Shown: in pieces, positions 16,380 to 30,352 of the stretch | How the letters are laid out: every line of letters starts with the position of its first letter | Numbering within the stretch: position 1 is the stretch's first letter | Source: Alkalilimnicola ehrlichii MLHE-1 | GTDB lineage: Bacteria; Pseudomonadota; Gammaproteobacteria; Nitrococcales; Halorhodospiraceae | Assembly: GCF_000014785.1 (NCBI RefSeq) | Contig: NC_008340.1 | Location: 690,001-722,000 of the forward strand | Direction of reading: 5' to 3' | DNA length: 32,000 nt | Position numbers and translations under genes: made by a program | The notes under the pieces: model-generated | What the model was told of the DNA's origin: nothing | The model's database searches: none | What the model saw: only the letters and a program-made list of their open reading frames with translations

Positions 16380-17950
16380 TCAGCGCCCCATGGCCTGAAT
16401 GCCGCGCCGCTCCAGCAGGGAGCCGTCCAGACGGTAAAGCTCGACCAGGGCCTGGCGGTAGCCGATTTCAGCGGCCTGTCGGTCCACCTGGGCCTGTAGC
16501 AGGTCGCGTTGCGCCTGCGAGAGGGCGAAAGCGGTGGCCTGGCCCACCTCAAAGCGGGCGCTCTCGGCCCGCAGGCGCTCCTCCTGGGCGGCAACGGTGG
16601 CCATGGTGGCTGCGATCTGCGCCTGGCTGCGGTCGACCTCCAGCCAGGCGGCCTGCACGTCCATCTGCACTAGGCGGGTCAGGTTGTCGATGCCGAGCAG
16701 GGCCTGTTCCCGTTGTAACCCGGCCTGGCGGTGTTCGGCCTGACCGGCCCGGCGGCCCAGGGGGTGTTCCACCCGAAGGCCTGCCACGGCGTCATAGCTG
16801 CGGCCGTCCAGTTCCTGCACCGCTGAACCGAAGGAGTCGGCAAAGCCGCTCTTGCCCAGGGTGACGAAAAGATCCAGCCGCGGCAGCAGGCCGTTGCGGG
16901 TGCGCACCAGCTCCAGCTCATTGCGCTCCAGAAGCAGCCGGGCCTCGCGCAGTTCGGCCCGGTGCTCCAGGGCGAGCAGCAGGTGGTTGGCCACCGGCTC
17001 CGGCTCGGTGTCCCCGGGCAGCGCGGGGGCGGTCTCCGGGGTCAGCTCCGGGGCCTCGCCCGGGGCGTAGTCGGTCCCGGTCAGTTGCAGTAGCTCCAGT
17101 CGCGCCAGGTCGCGCCGGTTGCGGGCGTCGATCAATTCCTGCCGGCGGAGCGCGGCCTCCGCCTCCAGCGGGGCCAGTTCGGTCTCCGACAGGTCCCCCA
17201 GCCGGATCCGTTCCCGTGTGCGCTCGATCTGTTCCCCGGCCAGCGCCAGCGAGGCTTCGAACAACCCGATCTCGCGTTCCGCCTGCACCAAGTCCCAGTA
17301 GGTGCTCTCCACGTCGGCGATCAGGGCCTCGGTAAAGCCACGCAGTTCGTACGCCGAGCGCAGGGTGTCGAGCTCGGCCTGCTGGACGCGCACGAGGTTC
17401 ACGTCGCGGCCGCGGCCCTGCAGCAGGGGCTGGTTGAGGGTGAGGTTGAGCCGGGAGCGGTGCAGGGCGGTGCCGTCCCGGGCATCTGGGGCGTCGCTCT
17501 CGCTTAGCCGCCGGTCCTGGGTGACGCCCAGTTCCACCTCGGTGCCGGGGGCGAACTGCTGGCGGACGCCGGCGCGCACGTTTTCGCGCTCGCTCTCCAC
17601 GGCAAAGCGGTCGCCGCGGCGGTCATCCAGGCGGTCCTCCCGGTCGCGGCGCACGCTCAGCTCGGCGAAGAGCTCCGGGTCGAAGACCGCCCGCTCGATC
17701 TCCTGGAAGGTGGCGGCGATCTCCGGCTCCAGGCGCTCGGAGCGCAGTGCGGGGTTGGATTCCAGGGCGCGCAGGACCGCCTCCTCCAGGGTGAGGGGCT
17801 CGGCCTGTACGCCGCTGGCGAGCAGCGCCGCCAGGACGGCCAGAAGGCCGGTGCGCAACGGCCCCCACCGGCGCCGGGGCCGGTTCACGGGGGCGCCCGG
17901 GCGGGCCGGTGCAACGAGCGGGCCGGGGTGGCCCGGGTGGCGATCCTGGG

Positions 17951-17954
<4 letters not shown>
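16380..17954 (-). CDS. TolC-family outer membrane efflux protein
   Basis: Signal-like LLAVLAALLASGVQAEPLTLEEAVLRALESNPAL; paired coiled-coil repeats; last gene of an efflux operon. Confidence 0.9.
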
Positions 17955-21030
<3,076 letters not shown>

Positions 21031-21034
<4 letters not shown>

Positions 21035-22260
21035 CCTTCCTGCTCCTCGTCCTGGCGGGCCAGCGCATCGGTCAGCCGTTCCGGCCGCAGCGGGCTGCCG
21101 TCCCGGATCAGGTGCTGGCCGAGGGTGACCACATTGCCCTGCAACGCCGGGCTGAGGATCTGTACCCGGTCGCCGTCCCGCACCCCGGTGGTGACGGTGT
21201 GGTAACGGGCCCGCGGCGGCTGGTCGTCGCCCACATCCTCATCCACCAGGAAGATACCCACCTCATCGCCACGTCGCACCAAGGCGTCGCGGGGCACCCA
21301 GAGGGCGTCCCGGGTCTCGCCGACGGTGATGTGGAGACGGGCGAAGAGTCCGGGCTGCAGCCGGCCCTCCGGGTTGGGGACGGTCAGCTCCAGCCGGGCC
21401 TGGCGGCTGCCGGGACTGAAGCGCGGTGCCAGCCGGTGGACGGTGGCGGGGAAGTCCTCGCCGGGATGGGTGTCCACCCGGAGACGGGCGGCCTGGCCGG
21501 GGTTCAGGTGGGCGTAGTCCCGTTCGGTGACGAAGCCCACGGCGCGCAGGGTGCGGGTGTCCATCAGCGAGACCACCGGGTCGCCGGCGTTCAGCGCGGC
21601 GCCCTCGTCCCGATAGCGCTCGCCCACCACCCGGGTCTCGCCGCCGCCCTCCCAGTCGGCGCGGATCTCGGTCCAGGACAGGCGTACCCGGGCGGCGGCC
21701 AGGGCGGCCTCCCGCTGGGCAATCTGGGCCCGGGCCAGTTGCTCGCGGCTCTGCTCGGCGGCCACCCGCGCCTCGGCGGCCTCCAGCTCCGCCTGGGAGG
21801 CCACCTGACGCTCGCGCAGGGCGCGGGTACGGTCCAGCTCCTTGCGCGCGGAGGCCAGCGCGGCGCGGGTCTCGGCGAGCTGGGCCCGGGCCACGTCACG
21901 GGCGGCCAGGGCCTCGGCCACGGCCTGTTCCTGCTCCTCGCTGTCCAGACGGGCGATGAGTTCGCCGTGCTCCACCGTATCGCCGATGTCCACTCGCAAT
22001 TGGCGCAGCCGGCCGCCGGTGCGCGCCGCCAGGTCGAACTGATTAGCCGCCTCCAGGCTGCCGGTGAAACGGCGCACATCCTCCAGCGGGCCGCGGGTCA
22101 GCGGGGCGGTCTCGACTGCCACCGGTTGCGCCGCACGCTCGCCGGTCAGACCGGGGCCGGCGCCGTCGGGGCCGGTGAGGTGCAGGGCGTAGAGCCCGAG
22201 GGCGGTGATAAGCAACGCGGGCAGCCACCAGCGTAGGGCCTTTATCAGGGCGGATTTCAT
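21031..22260 (-). CDS. RND periplasmic adaptor (membrane fusion protein, HlyD-like)
   Basis: VETAPLTRGPLEDVRRFTGSLEAANQFDLAARTGGRLRQLRVDIGDTVEHGELIARLD... coiled coil; ATGA overlap with permease. Confidence 0.95.
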
Positions 22261-22510
22261 GGGTTTGTCTTGATCCCCCGGGGGCTTCGGGTGTCACCAC
22301 CATTAGAGCAATGGCGGGTAATGTCACTGTTGCATGATTGTGTCGGAATGTAACGGGGGGCGAGTCGTGGGCCGTGCCCGGATCCCGCTGCGTTGGATCA
22401 TCCGGAGGCGGTCGGGGTTCCCGCCGGCCGGGGCTGCGTTACTGGCACTTCCTGGCGCAGCCGGTACAATGCCGCACTGCAATGCCACCGGGTTGGCCAG
22501 GGAGTGACCC

Positions 22511-23956
22511 GTGCACTGGAGAACCATCCTGCGAATCACCAGCCTGCTGGTGGTCATCTTTAGTTTCAACTTTATCCCGCCACTGGGGGTGTCGCTATTC
22601 TATGGCGATGGCCAGTGGGGGACCTTCGGGTTGAGCTGGCTCATTGTCGCCGTGCTCGGGGTGCTGTTCTGGTTGCCGGTGCGCGCCGACCGCAAGGACC
22701 TGATGGTCCGTGATGGCTTCCTGGTCGTCGCCCTCTTCTGGAGTGTGCTGGGGCTGGTGGGGTCGCTGCCCTTCATGTTCGGCCTGGGCATGACGCCCAC
22801 CGATGCGGTGTTCGAGTCCATCTCCGGGTTCACCACCACCGGGGCCACGGTCATCGTCGGTCTGGATGACCTGCCGCGCTCCATCCTCTATTACCGCCAA
22901 CAGCTCCAGTGGCTGGGCGGGATGGGTGTGGTGGTGCTGGCCGTGGCCATTCTGCCGATGCTCGGCATCGGGGGGATGCAGCTCTACCGCGCCGAGGTTT
23001 CGCGGGTGACCGCCGACGAGAAGCTCACCCCGCGGCTGATGCATACCGCCCGCGCCCTCTGGGCCATCTACCTGACGCTCACCGTGGCCTGCGCGCTGGC
23101 CTACTGGCTGGCGGGCATGACGCCTTTCGATGCCATCGGGCACGCGTACTCAACGGTGGCGACGGCGGGCTATTCCACCCACGATGCCAGCATCGGCTAC
23201 TTCAACAGCGTGACCATCGAACTGATTGCGGTGGTTTTCATGCTGCTGGGCGGGATGAACTTCGCGCTGCACTTCCTGGTCTGGCGCTCGCGCGATCCCC
23301 GGGTCTATCTGCGCACCCCTGAGGCGCGCTTCTTCCTGGGGCTGTTTCTGGCGGCTACGGTGGTGATCGCCAGTGCGCTGGTCTTCATGTCCACCTACGA
23401 GTCGGTATGGGACGCGGTGCGCTATGCCCTGTTCCAGACGGCCTCAGTGCTCACCACCAGCGGGTTCTCCACGGCGGTGTTCGCGGAATGGCCGTTGTAT
23501 ATCCCCCTGGTGCTCGCCAGCCTGTCCTTCATCGGCGGTTGTGCCGGCTCCACCGCCGGGGGGATGAAGGTGATTCGCATCATGCTGCTGTTTAAGCAGG
23601 GCGCGCGTGAGGTGAACGCCACCATCCATCCGCATGGGGTCTATCGGGTGAAACTGGGAGACCGGGCGGTGCCCGAGCAGGTGGTGCAGGCGGTGTGGGG
23701 CTTCTATACGGTCTATATCCTGGCGGCGCTGGTGCTCACCGGGTTGAATATGGCCATGGGCCTGGATATGGAAAGCGCCTTCGGCGCCACCATCGCCTCC
23801 CTCAACCTACTGGGTCCGGGGCTTGGCGAGGTGGCGACCACCTTCGCCCTCCAGCCCGACCCGATCAAATGGATGGCCAGCTTCGCCATGCTGCTCGGGC
23901 GGCTGGAGGTCTTCACCCTGCTGATTCTGTTCACATTCGCCTTCTGGCGAAACTGA
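22511..23956 (+). CDS. trkH: Trk system potassium uptake protein TrkH
   Basis: GFTTTGATV, TVATAGYSTHDASIGYFNS, TTSGFSTAVF, GGCAGSTAGGMKVIR. Confidence 0.95.
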   Translation: MHWRTILRITSLLVVIFSFNFIPPLGVSLFYGDGQWGTFGLSWLIVAVLGVLFWLPVRADRKDLMVRDGFLVVALFWSVLGLVGSLPFMFGLGMTPTDAVFESISGFTTTGATVIVGLDDLPRSILYYRQQLQWLGGMGVVVLAVAILPMLGIGGMQLYRAEVSRVTADEKLTPRLMHTARALWAIYLTLTVACALAYWLAGMTPFDAIGHAYSTVATAGYSTHDASIGYFNSVTIELIAVVFMLLGGMNFALHFLVWRSRDPRVYLRTPEARFFLGLFLAATVVIASALVFMSTYESVWDAVRYALFQTASVLTTSGFSTAVFAEWPLYIPLVLASLSFIGGCAGSTAGGMKVIRIMLLFKQGAREVNATIHPHGVYRVKLGDRAVPEQVVQAVWGFYTVYILAALVLTGLNMAMGLDMESAFGATIASLNLLGPGLGEVATTFALQPDPIKWMASFAMLLGRLEVFTLLILFTFAFWRN

Positions 23957-23991
23957 ACGCGCTTCCGGGAAAGGCGCGGTGCCGGGGCCGT

Positions 23992-24127
23992 CGTTGTGCT
24001 GGGGGCGGAGGGGGCGTGATTACGGTTCAGGGGTTTAAGCGGCAGGGATGCCGCTTAAAAGCCCCCATGGACGGGTTCACGGCGTCCCCTGAACCGTAAT
24101 CACGCCCCCTCCGCCCCCAGCACAACG
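23992..24127. repeat. Perfect 42-bp inverted repeat (23992-24033 / 24086-24127) enclosing hairpins TTTAAGCGGCA-GGGA-TGCCGCTTAAA (24034-24059) and GGACG..CGTCC (24069-24087)
   Basis: Read directly: CGTTGTGCTGGGGGCGGAGGGGGCGTGATTACGGTTCAGGGG and its exact reverse complement. Confidence 0.97.
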
Positions 24128-24231
24128 GCGACGTGACACGGGGGCGCGCGTTGGCAGGGGTGACGGCGGCCGGTATCCTTACGGGTGCCCTGGGCCGGCG
24201 GGGCGAAACCCCTATCAGCAAGAGGTCGCTC

Positions 24232-25503
24232 ATGTTCCTGGAATGCAACCCCCGCTTCGTCAGCCGCCTCACCCGGGATACGCTGGCGCTGATCATGGCC
24301 GGGGGGCGCGGGGGGCGGCTGTCCAACCTCACCGACTGGCGGACCAAGCCGGCGGTACCCTTCGGCGGCAAGTTCCGGCTCATCGACTTCCCCCTGTCCA
24401 ACTGCATCAACTCCGGCATCCGCCGCATTGAGGTGCTCACCCAGTACAAGGCCCACTCGCTCATCCAGCACATCCAGCGCGGTTGGGGCTTCCTGCGCGG
24501 CGAGTTCGGCGAGTTCGTGGAGCTGGTGCCGGCGCAGCAGCGCATGGACAAGCCGCTCTGGTATGCCGGCACGGCGGATGCGGTCTACCAGAACATCGAC
24601 ATCATCAAGGCGCACAACCCCAGCTACGTGCTGGTGCTGGCCGGCGACCACGTCTACAAAATGGACTACGGCGGCATGATCGCCCGCCACGCCGAGTCCG
24701 GGGCGGCCATGACCGTGGGTTGCGTGGAGGTGCCGCGCAAGCGCGCCTCCGCCTTTGGGGTGATGAGCGTGAACGAAGAGCGCCAGGTGCTGGCCTTCAA
24801 CGAAAAGCCGAAGGACCCCACGCCCATGCCCGGAAACCCGGACCGAGCCCTCGTCTCGATGGGGATCTACGTCTTCGACCGCGACTACCTCTTCCAGCTA
24901 CTGCGCGAGGATGCCGAGAATTTCGACTCCTCCCGCGATTTCGGCAAGGACGTCATCCCCAACGCCATCGCCAACCACAAGGTGCAGGCCTATCCGTTCA
25001 GCGATCCGGTCTCCGGTCAGCAGGCCTACTGGCGGGACGTGGGGACGGTGGACGCCTTCTTCCAGGCCAACATGGAGCTGATCGGCGAGGACCCCGAGCT
25101 CAACCTCTACGATGAGGAGTGGCCGATCTGGACCTACCAGGCGCAACTGCCGCCGGCGAAGTTCATCCAGGGGCGGGACGGCCGGCACGGTACGGCCATC
25201 AACTCCATGGTTTCCGGCGGCGATATCATCCACGGTGCCGAGGTGCGCGACTCGCTGCTCTTCTCCCAGGTGGTGGTGCAGCCTGGGGCCACGGTGCACG
25301 AGGCGGTGATCCTGCCCGATGTCCGGGTGGGGGAGGGTTGCCGGATCCGCAAGGCGGTGATCGACGAGGGTTGCCGGATTCCCGCCGGTACGGTGATCGG
25401 TGAGGATCCGGCCGAGGATCGGCGCCGCTTTTTTGTCACGCCGAAGGACGTGGTGCTGGTCACCGCCGAAATGCTGGGCCAGGAAGTCGCCCACGTCCGC
25501 TGA
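24232..25503 (+). CDS. glgC: Glucose-1-phosphate adenylyltransferase
   Basis: TLALIMAGGRGGRLSNLTDWRTKPAVPFGGKFRLIDFPLSNCINSGIRRI, WYAGTADAVYQN, YVLVLAGDHVYKMDY. Start chosen at MFLECNPRF after AAGAGG RBS. Confidence 0.96.
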   Translation: MFLECNPRFVSRLTRDTLALIMAGGRGGRLSNLTDWRTKPAVPFGGKFRLIDFPLSNCINSGIRRIEVLTQYKAHSLIQHIQRGWGFLRGEFGEFVELVPAQQRMDKPLWYAGTADAVYQNIDIIKAHNPSYVLVLAGDHVYKMDYGGMIARHAESGAAMTVGCVEVPRKRASAFGVMSVNEERQVLAFNEKPKDPTPMPGNPDRALVSMGIYVFDRDYLFQLLREDAENFDSSRDFGKDVIPNAIANHKVQAYPFSDPVSGQQAYWRDVGTVDAFFQANMELIGEDPELNLYDEEWPIWTYQAQLPPAKFIQGRDGRHGTAINSMVSGGDIIHGAEVRDSLLFSQVVVQPGATVHEAVILPDVRVGEGCRIRKAVIDEGCRIPAGTVIGEDPAEDRRRFFVTPKDVVLVTAEMLGQEVAHVR

Positions 25504-25590
25504 AGGCCGGCCCTTGCCAGGGATAGCTTAACGAGCCGCCGCCAACCCGCTACCCTGTGAATTCATCCACACGAGACGGGCAGGGCTTTG

Positions 25591-28380
25591 ATGGCGGACG
25601 ATCAGCGGCAGGGCGAGGCAGGTACCGGATTGCCGGAGGGGGCCGGCAATGACCAGGCCTGGCATGCACTCTCGTGCGAGCAGGTGCGCCGGCACTGGGC
25701 GGTCACCCGGGAGGGGCTGAGTCCCGACGAGGCCCGGGACCGGCTCGACCGGTACGGTCGCAACGAGCTCAAGCCGCCCGAACGCGCCAGTGCGCTGGTG
25801 CGCTTCCTGCGCCATTTCCACAACATCCTCATCTACATCCTGATTGCCGCCGCCATCGGCACCGCCCTGCTGGGCCACTGGGTGGACACCGGCGTGATCG
25901 CCGCCGTGGTGCTCATCAACACCCTGATCGGCTTCGTCCAGGAGGGCAAGGCGGAGAAGGCCCTGGATGCCATCCGCCAGATGCTCTCGCCCATGGCGGT
26001 GGTGGTGCGCGACGGCAAGCGCCGGGAGGTCCCGGCCGCCGAGATCGTCCCCGGTGACATCATCCACCTGCAGGCCGGCGACAAGGTGCCGGCGGACCTG
26101 CGGCTGCTCGAGGCCAAGAACCTACGCATCGAGGAGGCAGTGCTCACCGGTGAATCGGTGCCGGTGGAGAAGGGGCTGGACCCGGTGGCCAAGGACGCCC
26201 CGCTCGGGGACCGCGCCGGCATGGCCTACTCCGGCACCCTGGTCACCTTCGGTCGCGGGGTGGGGGTGGTGGTGGCCACCGGCGAGCGGACCGAGATCGG
26301 CCGCATCTCCGCCATGCTGGGCGAGGTGGAGAGCCTGCAGACGCCGCTGGTGCGGCAGGTGGAGCAGTTCGGCCGCTGGCTGGCGGCGGTGATCATTGCC
26401 ATCTCCGCGGCCACCTTCGCCTTCGGCTACTGGGTGCGCGACTACCCGCTGGATGAGATGTTCTTGGCCGCGGCCAGCCTGGCGGTGTCCAGCATCCCCG
26501 AAGGGCTGCCGGCGATCATGACCATTGCCCTGGCCATCGGGGTGCAGAAGATGGCCCGGCGCAACGCCATCATCCGCAAGCTGCCGGCGGTGGAGACCCT
26601 GGGGTCAGTGTCGGCGATCTGTTCCGACAAGACCGGCACCCTGACCCGCAATGAGATGACCGTGCAGGTGCTGGCCTTCTGCGACCGGCAGGTGGAGGTG
26701 GACGGGGTGGGTTACGCCCCCCACGGTGGGTTTTCCATTAATGATCGCGACGTCGACCCGGAGGATAACCCGGCCCTCTGGGAGACCCTGCGCGCCGGTC
26801 TGCTCTGCAACGACGCCCAGCTCTACGAGAAGAACGGCGACTGGGTGATGGAGGGCGACCCCACCGAGGGGGCGTTGCTGACCGTGGCGCGCAAAGCGGG
26901 CATGGATCCGCAGCGTCAGCAGGAGCGATACCCGCGGATTGATGTGATCCCCTTCGAGTCCGACCACAAGTACATGGCGACCCTGCACCACGACCACCAC
27001 GGGCACGAGGTGATCTACCTCAAGGGGGCGCCGGAGCGGGTGCTGTCGCTCTGCCGGCGGCAAATGGGCAGGGAGGGCCCGGAACCGCTGGACGAGTCCC
27101 GTTGGAAGGGCCTCATGGACGGGGTGGCGGGCCGCGGCCAGCGGCTGCTGGCCATTGCCGCCCGTGACGGGAAGCCGGGGCAGCGCACCCTGGATTACGA
27201 GCACGTGGAGCAGGGCGATTTCACCCTGATGGCCGTGGTGGGGATTATCGACCCGCCCCGGGACGAGGCCATCCGGGCGGTGAAAGAGTGCATCGGGGCC
27301 GGCGTGCGGGTGAAGATGATCACCGGCGACCATCTGATCACCGCCCGCGCCGTGGGCGACATGCTGGGGATCAACAGACAGGGCGGCGGTCGGGCGCTGA
27401 GCGGGCACCAGATCGACGCGATGGACGACCGTGAGCTGCACAGGGCGGTGGCGGTGACCGACGTCTTCGCCCGCACCAGCCCCGAGCACAAGCTGCGGCT
27501 GGTGGAGGCGCTGCAGGCCGGCGGGCGGATCGTGGCCATGACCGGCGATGGGGTGAACGACGCCCCGGCGCTGAAGCGGGCCGATGTGGGGGTGGCCATG
27601 GGCCACAAGGGCACCGAGGCAGCCAAGGAGGCCTCGGAGATGGTGCTGGCCGACGATAACTTCGCCTCCATTGCCCATGCGGTGGAGGAGGGGCGCACGG
27701 TCTATGACAACATCCGCAAGGCCATTCTGCACATGCTGCCCACCAACGCGGGGCAGTCGCTGACCATCATGATGGCCATCCTCATGGGGCTGGCCCTGCC
27801 ACTCACGCCGGTGCAGGTGCTCTGGGTGAACATGGTCACCTCGGTCACCCTGGCCATGGCCCTGGCCTTCGAGCCCAGCGAGCCGGGGGTGATGCGCCGG
27901 CCGCCGCGCGCGCCGGATACGCCGCTGCTCTCCGGCTTCCTGCTCTGGCGCATCCCCTTTGTAGCGGTGCTGCTCTGGATCGGCACCTTCGGCCATTTCG
28001 TCTACATGGAAGAGGTGGTGGGGGTCTCCGACGAGCTGGCCCGCACCGTGGCCATCAACACCCTGGTGGCCGGGCAGGCCTTCTACCTGTTCAACCTGCG
28101 GCTGATCTACCAGCCGGTGCTGGTGGGCGGGGAGATCTTCAAGTCCCGCGCCATGTGGATGGCCATCGGCGTGTTGGTGGTGCTGCAGCTCAGCTTCACC
28201 TACCTGCCCGTCATGAACACCCTCTTCGGGCTGGAGCCCATCGGGATGGCGGACTGGGGCCGCATCCTCGCCTTTGGCCTGGCGGTCTTCGTGATCGTGG
28301 AGCTGGAAAAGGCCGTGCTGCGGCGGCTGCCCTGGGTGGATACCGGTGAAGGCCAGCGGCAGGCGGCCCCGGTGCGCTGA
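25591..28380 (+). CDS. Cation-transporting P-type ATPase (P2 type)
   Basis: LTGES, PEGLPA, CSDKTGTLTRNEM, MTGDGVNDAPALKRADVGVAMG, NMVTSVTLAMALAFEP. Confidence 0.95.
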   Translation: MADDQRQGEAGTGLPEGAGNDQAWHALSCEQVRRHWAVTREGLSPDEARDRLDRYGRNELKPPERASALVRFLRHFHNILIYILIAAAIGTALLGHWVDTGVIAAVVLINTLIGFVQEGKAEKALDAIRQMLSPMAVVVRDGKRREVPAAEIVPGDIIHLQAGDKVPADLRLLEAKNLRIEEAVLTGESVPVEKGLDPVAKDAPLGDRAGMAYSGTLVTFGRGVGVVVATGERTEIGRISAMLGEVESLQTPLVRQVEQFGRWLAAVIIAISAATFAFGYWVRDYPLDEMFLAAASLAVSSIPEGLPAIMTIALAIGVQKMARRNAIIRKLPAVETLGSVSAICSDKTGTLTRNEMTVQVLAFCDRQVEVDGVGYAPHGGFSINDRDVDPEDNPALWETLRAGLLCNDAQLYEKNGDWVMEGDPTEGALLTVARKAGMDPQRQQERYPRIDVIPFESDHKYMATLHHDHHGHEVIYLKGAPERVLSLCRRQMGREGPEPLDESRWKGLMDGVAGRGQRLLAIAARDGKPGQRTLDYEHVEQGDFTLMAVVGIIDPPRDEAIRAVKECIGAGVRVKMITGDHLITARAVGDMLGINRQGGGRALSGHQIDAMDDRELHRAVAVTDVFARTSPEHKLRLVEALQAGGRIVAMTGDGVNDAPALKRADVGVAMGHKGTEAAKEASEMVLADDNFASIAHAVEEGRTVYDNIRKAILHMLPTNAGQSLTIMMAILMGLALPLTPVQVLWVNMVTSVTLAMALAFEPSEPGVMRRPPRAPDTPLLSGFLLWRIPFVAVLLWIGTFGHFVYMEEVVGVSDELARTVAINTLVAGQAFYLFNLRLIYQPVLVGGEIFKSRAMWMAIGVLVVLQLSFTYLPVMNTLFGLEPIGMADWGRILAFGLAVFVIVELEKAVLRRLPWVDTGEGQRQAAPVR

Positions 28381-28429
28381 CCGCCCGGGCTTGGGTGAGG
28401 TGCCGGCCGCGGGCAAGCGGGCGCGGTGC

Positions 28430-30223
28430 TCAGGGGCGGGAGGATCGGCGCCCCGGGCGCAGCAGGTCCAGTAGCAGGCGGGGCAGGTTGTGTCCGGGCT
28501 GCTCAGGGTCGGCCTGGTGCCCGAGGGCCAGGCCCACGTCCGTGACTTCGCGCTTGTCCCGCACCGCCCTCACGATGAGTTCCACCGGTCCGAGCGGTAC
28601 CCGGTCACCCACTACCGGACGACCCTGTAACGCCCGGCGCATGTGCTCGGCAATGGATTCGTCCGGCGGTAGGTCCCCCAAATCGACGCCGTAGGCCGCC
28701 TGCAACGCGGAGAGGGGCTGGTCCGGGTTGATCCGCAACTCGCCGAAGAAGGCCTGGTCGTCCTTGCTCGGCGGGACCGGGCGGGCGAACACCCGGTCCA
28801 GCAAGCCGAGGTAATCGGGTGGGATGAAGATGTAGACGTAATCGCCGGGCTGCAGATGGCTGGCATCCTGGTAGCGGATGGTCTGCTCATTGCGCACCAC
28901 CAGTGACGGCCGCGCCCAACGTGGTAGCGGCTCGCCTTTCCCCACCGGGCTGTCCTCGGTAACCCGGTAAACCGCCAACTCGTGGCGCGGCGCGCCGGGC
29001 AGGGCCAGTTCCACCCGTTCCACCGGGCCGAGCTGTTCGGGCACGATCAGGTTCAGGCGCCGGGCGGCGGGGCGGATGGTCCAGCCCTGGATCAGCAGCG
29101 AGGTGAGCACCATGATGAAGGCCACGTTGAGGAACAGTTGGCCATTCTCCACCCCCGCCACGATGGGCAGTATCCCGAGCAGGATGGAGACGGCCCCGCG
29201 CAGCCCCACCCAGGAGAGAAAGGTGGTGGCCTCCCGTTCCAGCCGAAAGGGCAGTACGCACAGCCAGACGGCCAGCGGACGGGCAATCAGCATCAGGAAC
29301 AGGCCCAGGGCGATGGCCGGCATGGCCACCGGGATGAATTCCGAGGGGGTCGCGATCAGCCCCAGCACCAGGAACATGATGATCTGCGCCAACCAGGTCA
29401 TACCGGCCTGGTACTGACGCAGCTTGGCCGCACCCCGGATGGCCCGATTGCCGGCGACGATCCCGGCCACGTAAACCGCCAGGAAGCCGCTGCCCCCCAG
29501 GTAGCCGGTGGCAGCAAAGAGGCAGAGCGCCATGGCCATCACGGCGATGGGGTAGAGCGCCTCCTCCAGCTGGATACGGTTGACCAGCTCCACGATCAGA
29601 AAGCCCGCCACCAGGCCCATGACCAGCCCCAGCCCCATCTGCTGGCCGAAGCCGAGCAGAAACTGCAGGCCCCACGGCATCTCGGTGCCACCGGCCAGGA
29701 TTAACTCGATGAAGAACAGGGTCAGGAAGATGGCCATGGGGTCGTTGGAGCCGGATTCCACCTCCAGCACCGAGCGGACCCGCTTGTAGATCTTCACCCC
29801 GCCGGCGCGCAGCAGGAAGAAAACGGCGGCCGCGTCGGTGGAACTGACGATGGCGCCCATCAGGAAGGCATAGGGCCAGGGCAGGTCAAACAGGAAGTGA
29901 GCCGCCACACCCACCAGCAACGTGGTGAGCAGGACGCCCACGGTGGCCAGGATAATCGCCGGCCCTGCGGCCCGGCGCAGGGTCTGGACCGGTGTGCCAA
30001 AGCCGGAATCGAACAGGATGACGGCCAGCGCCAGGCTGCCGACGAGGTAGGCCAGATCGGCATCGTTGAAGACGAACCCCAGCCCGTCCTCTCCGGCGAT
30101 CAGGCCGATGCAGAGGAAAACCAGCAGCAGGGGCGCGCCGAAGCGAAAGGCGATCACCGAGGTGAACACCGAGAGGGCGATCAGGCCGGCCCCGATCAGG
30201 ATGAGCGGATAGATCCAGTCCAT
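28430..30223 (-). CDS. nhaP2: Potassium/proton antiporter, CPA1/NhaP2 (CvrA) type, with C-terminal TrkA-C-like domain
   Basis: FGAPLLLVFLCIGLIAGEDGLGFVFND, FLMGAIVSSTDAAAVFFLLR, ESGSNDPMAIFLTLFFIELIL; soluble tail ELAVYRVTEDSPVGKGE. Confidence 0.88.
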   Translation of the reverse strand: MDWIYPLILIGAGLIALSVFTSVIAFRFGAPLLLVFLCIGLIAGEDGLGFVFNDADLAYLVGSLALAVILFDSGFGTPVQTLRRAAGPAIILATVGVLLTTLLVGVAAHFLFDLPWPYAFLMGAIVSSTDAAAVFFLLRAGGVKIYKRVRSVLEVESGSNDPMAIFLTLFFIELILAGGTEMPWGLQFLLGFGQQMGLGLVMGLVAGFLIVELVNRIQLEEALYPIAVMAMALCLFAATGYLGGSGFLAVYVAGIVAGNRAIRGAAKLRQYQAGMTWLAQIIMFLVLGLIATPSEFIPVAMPAIALGLFLMLIARPLAVWLCVLPFRLEREATTFLSWVGLRGAVSILLGILPIVAGVENGQLFLNVAFIMVLTSLLIQGWTIRPAARRLNLIVPEQLGPVERVELALPGAPRHELAVYRVTEDSPVGKGEPLPRWARPSLVVRNEQTIRYQDASHLQPGDYVYIFIPPDYLGLLDRVFARPVPPSKDDQAFFGELRINPDQPLSALQAAYGVDLGDLPPDESIAEHMRRALQGRPVVGDRVPLGPVELIVRAVRDKREVTDVGLALGHQADPEQPGHNLPRLLLDLLRPGRRSSRP

Positions 30224-30352
30224 GCTGCTAGCCTACTTGGAAAGCCCTCGCTGGTGGACCTCAGCGTGGGTCTTGGGGCATGGCCCGAAGCTCGATCGGG
30301 CCAGTGAAATTCCATGGTATGCTCCCCGGTATTACGACGGAAGGAGAGGGCT

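Noticed and set aside
26605-28416. 603-aa minus ORF opposite the P-type ATPase
   Set aside because: His/Gln/Gly-rich antisense shadow ORF; the + strand has all P-type motifs.
30282-30302. GGCCCGA-AGCTCGA-TCGGGCC hairpin upstream of the PII-like gene
   Set aside because: 7-bp stem without a T tract; could be regulatory but is within chance expectation for GC-rich intergenic DNA.
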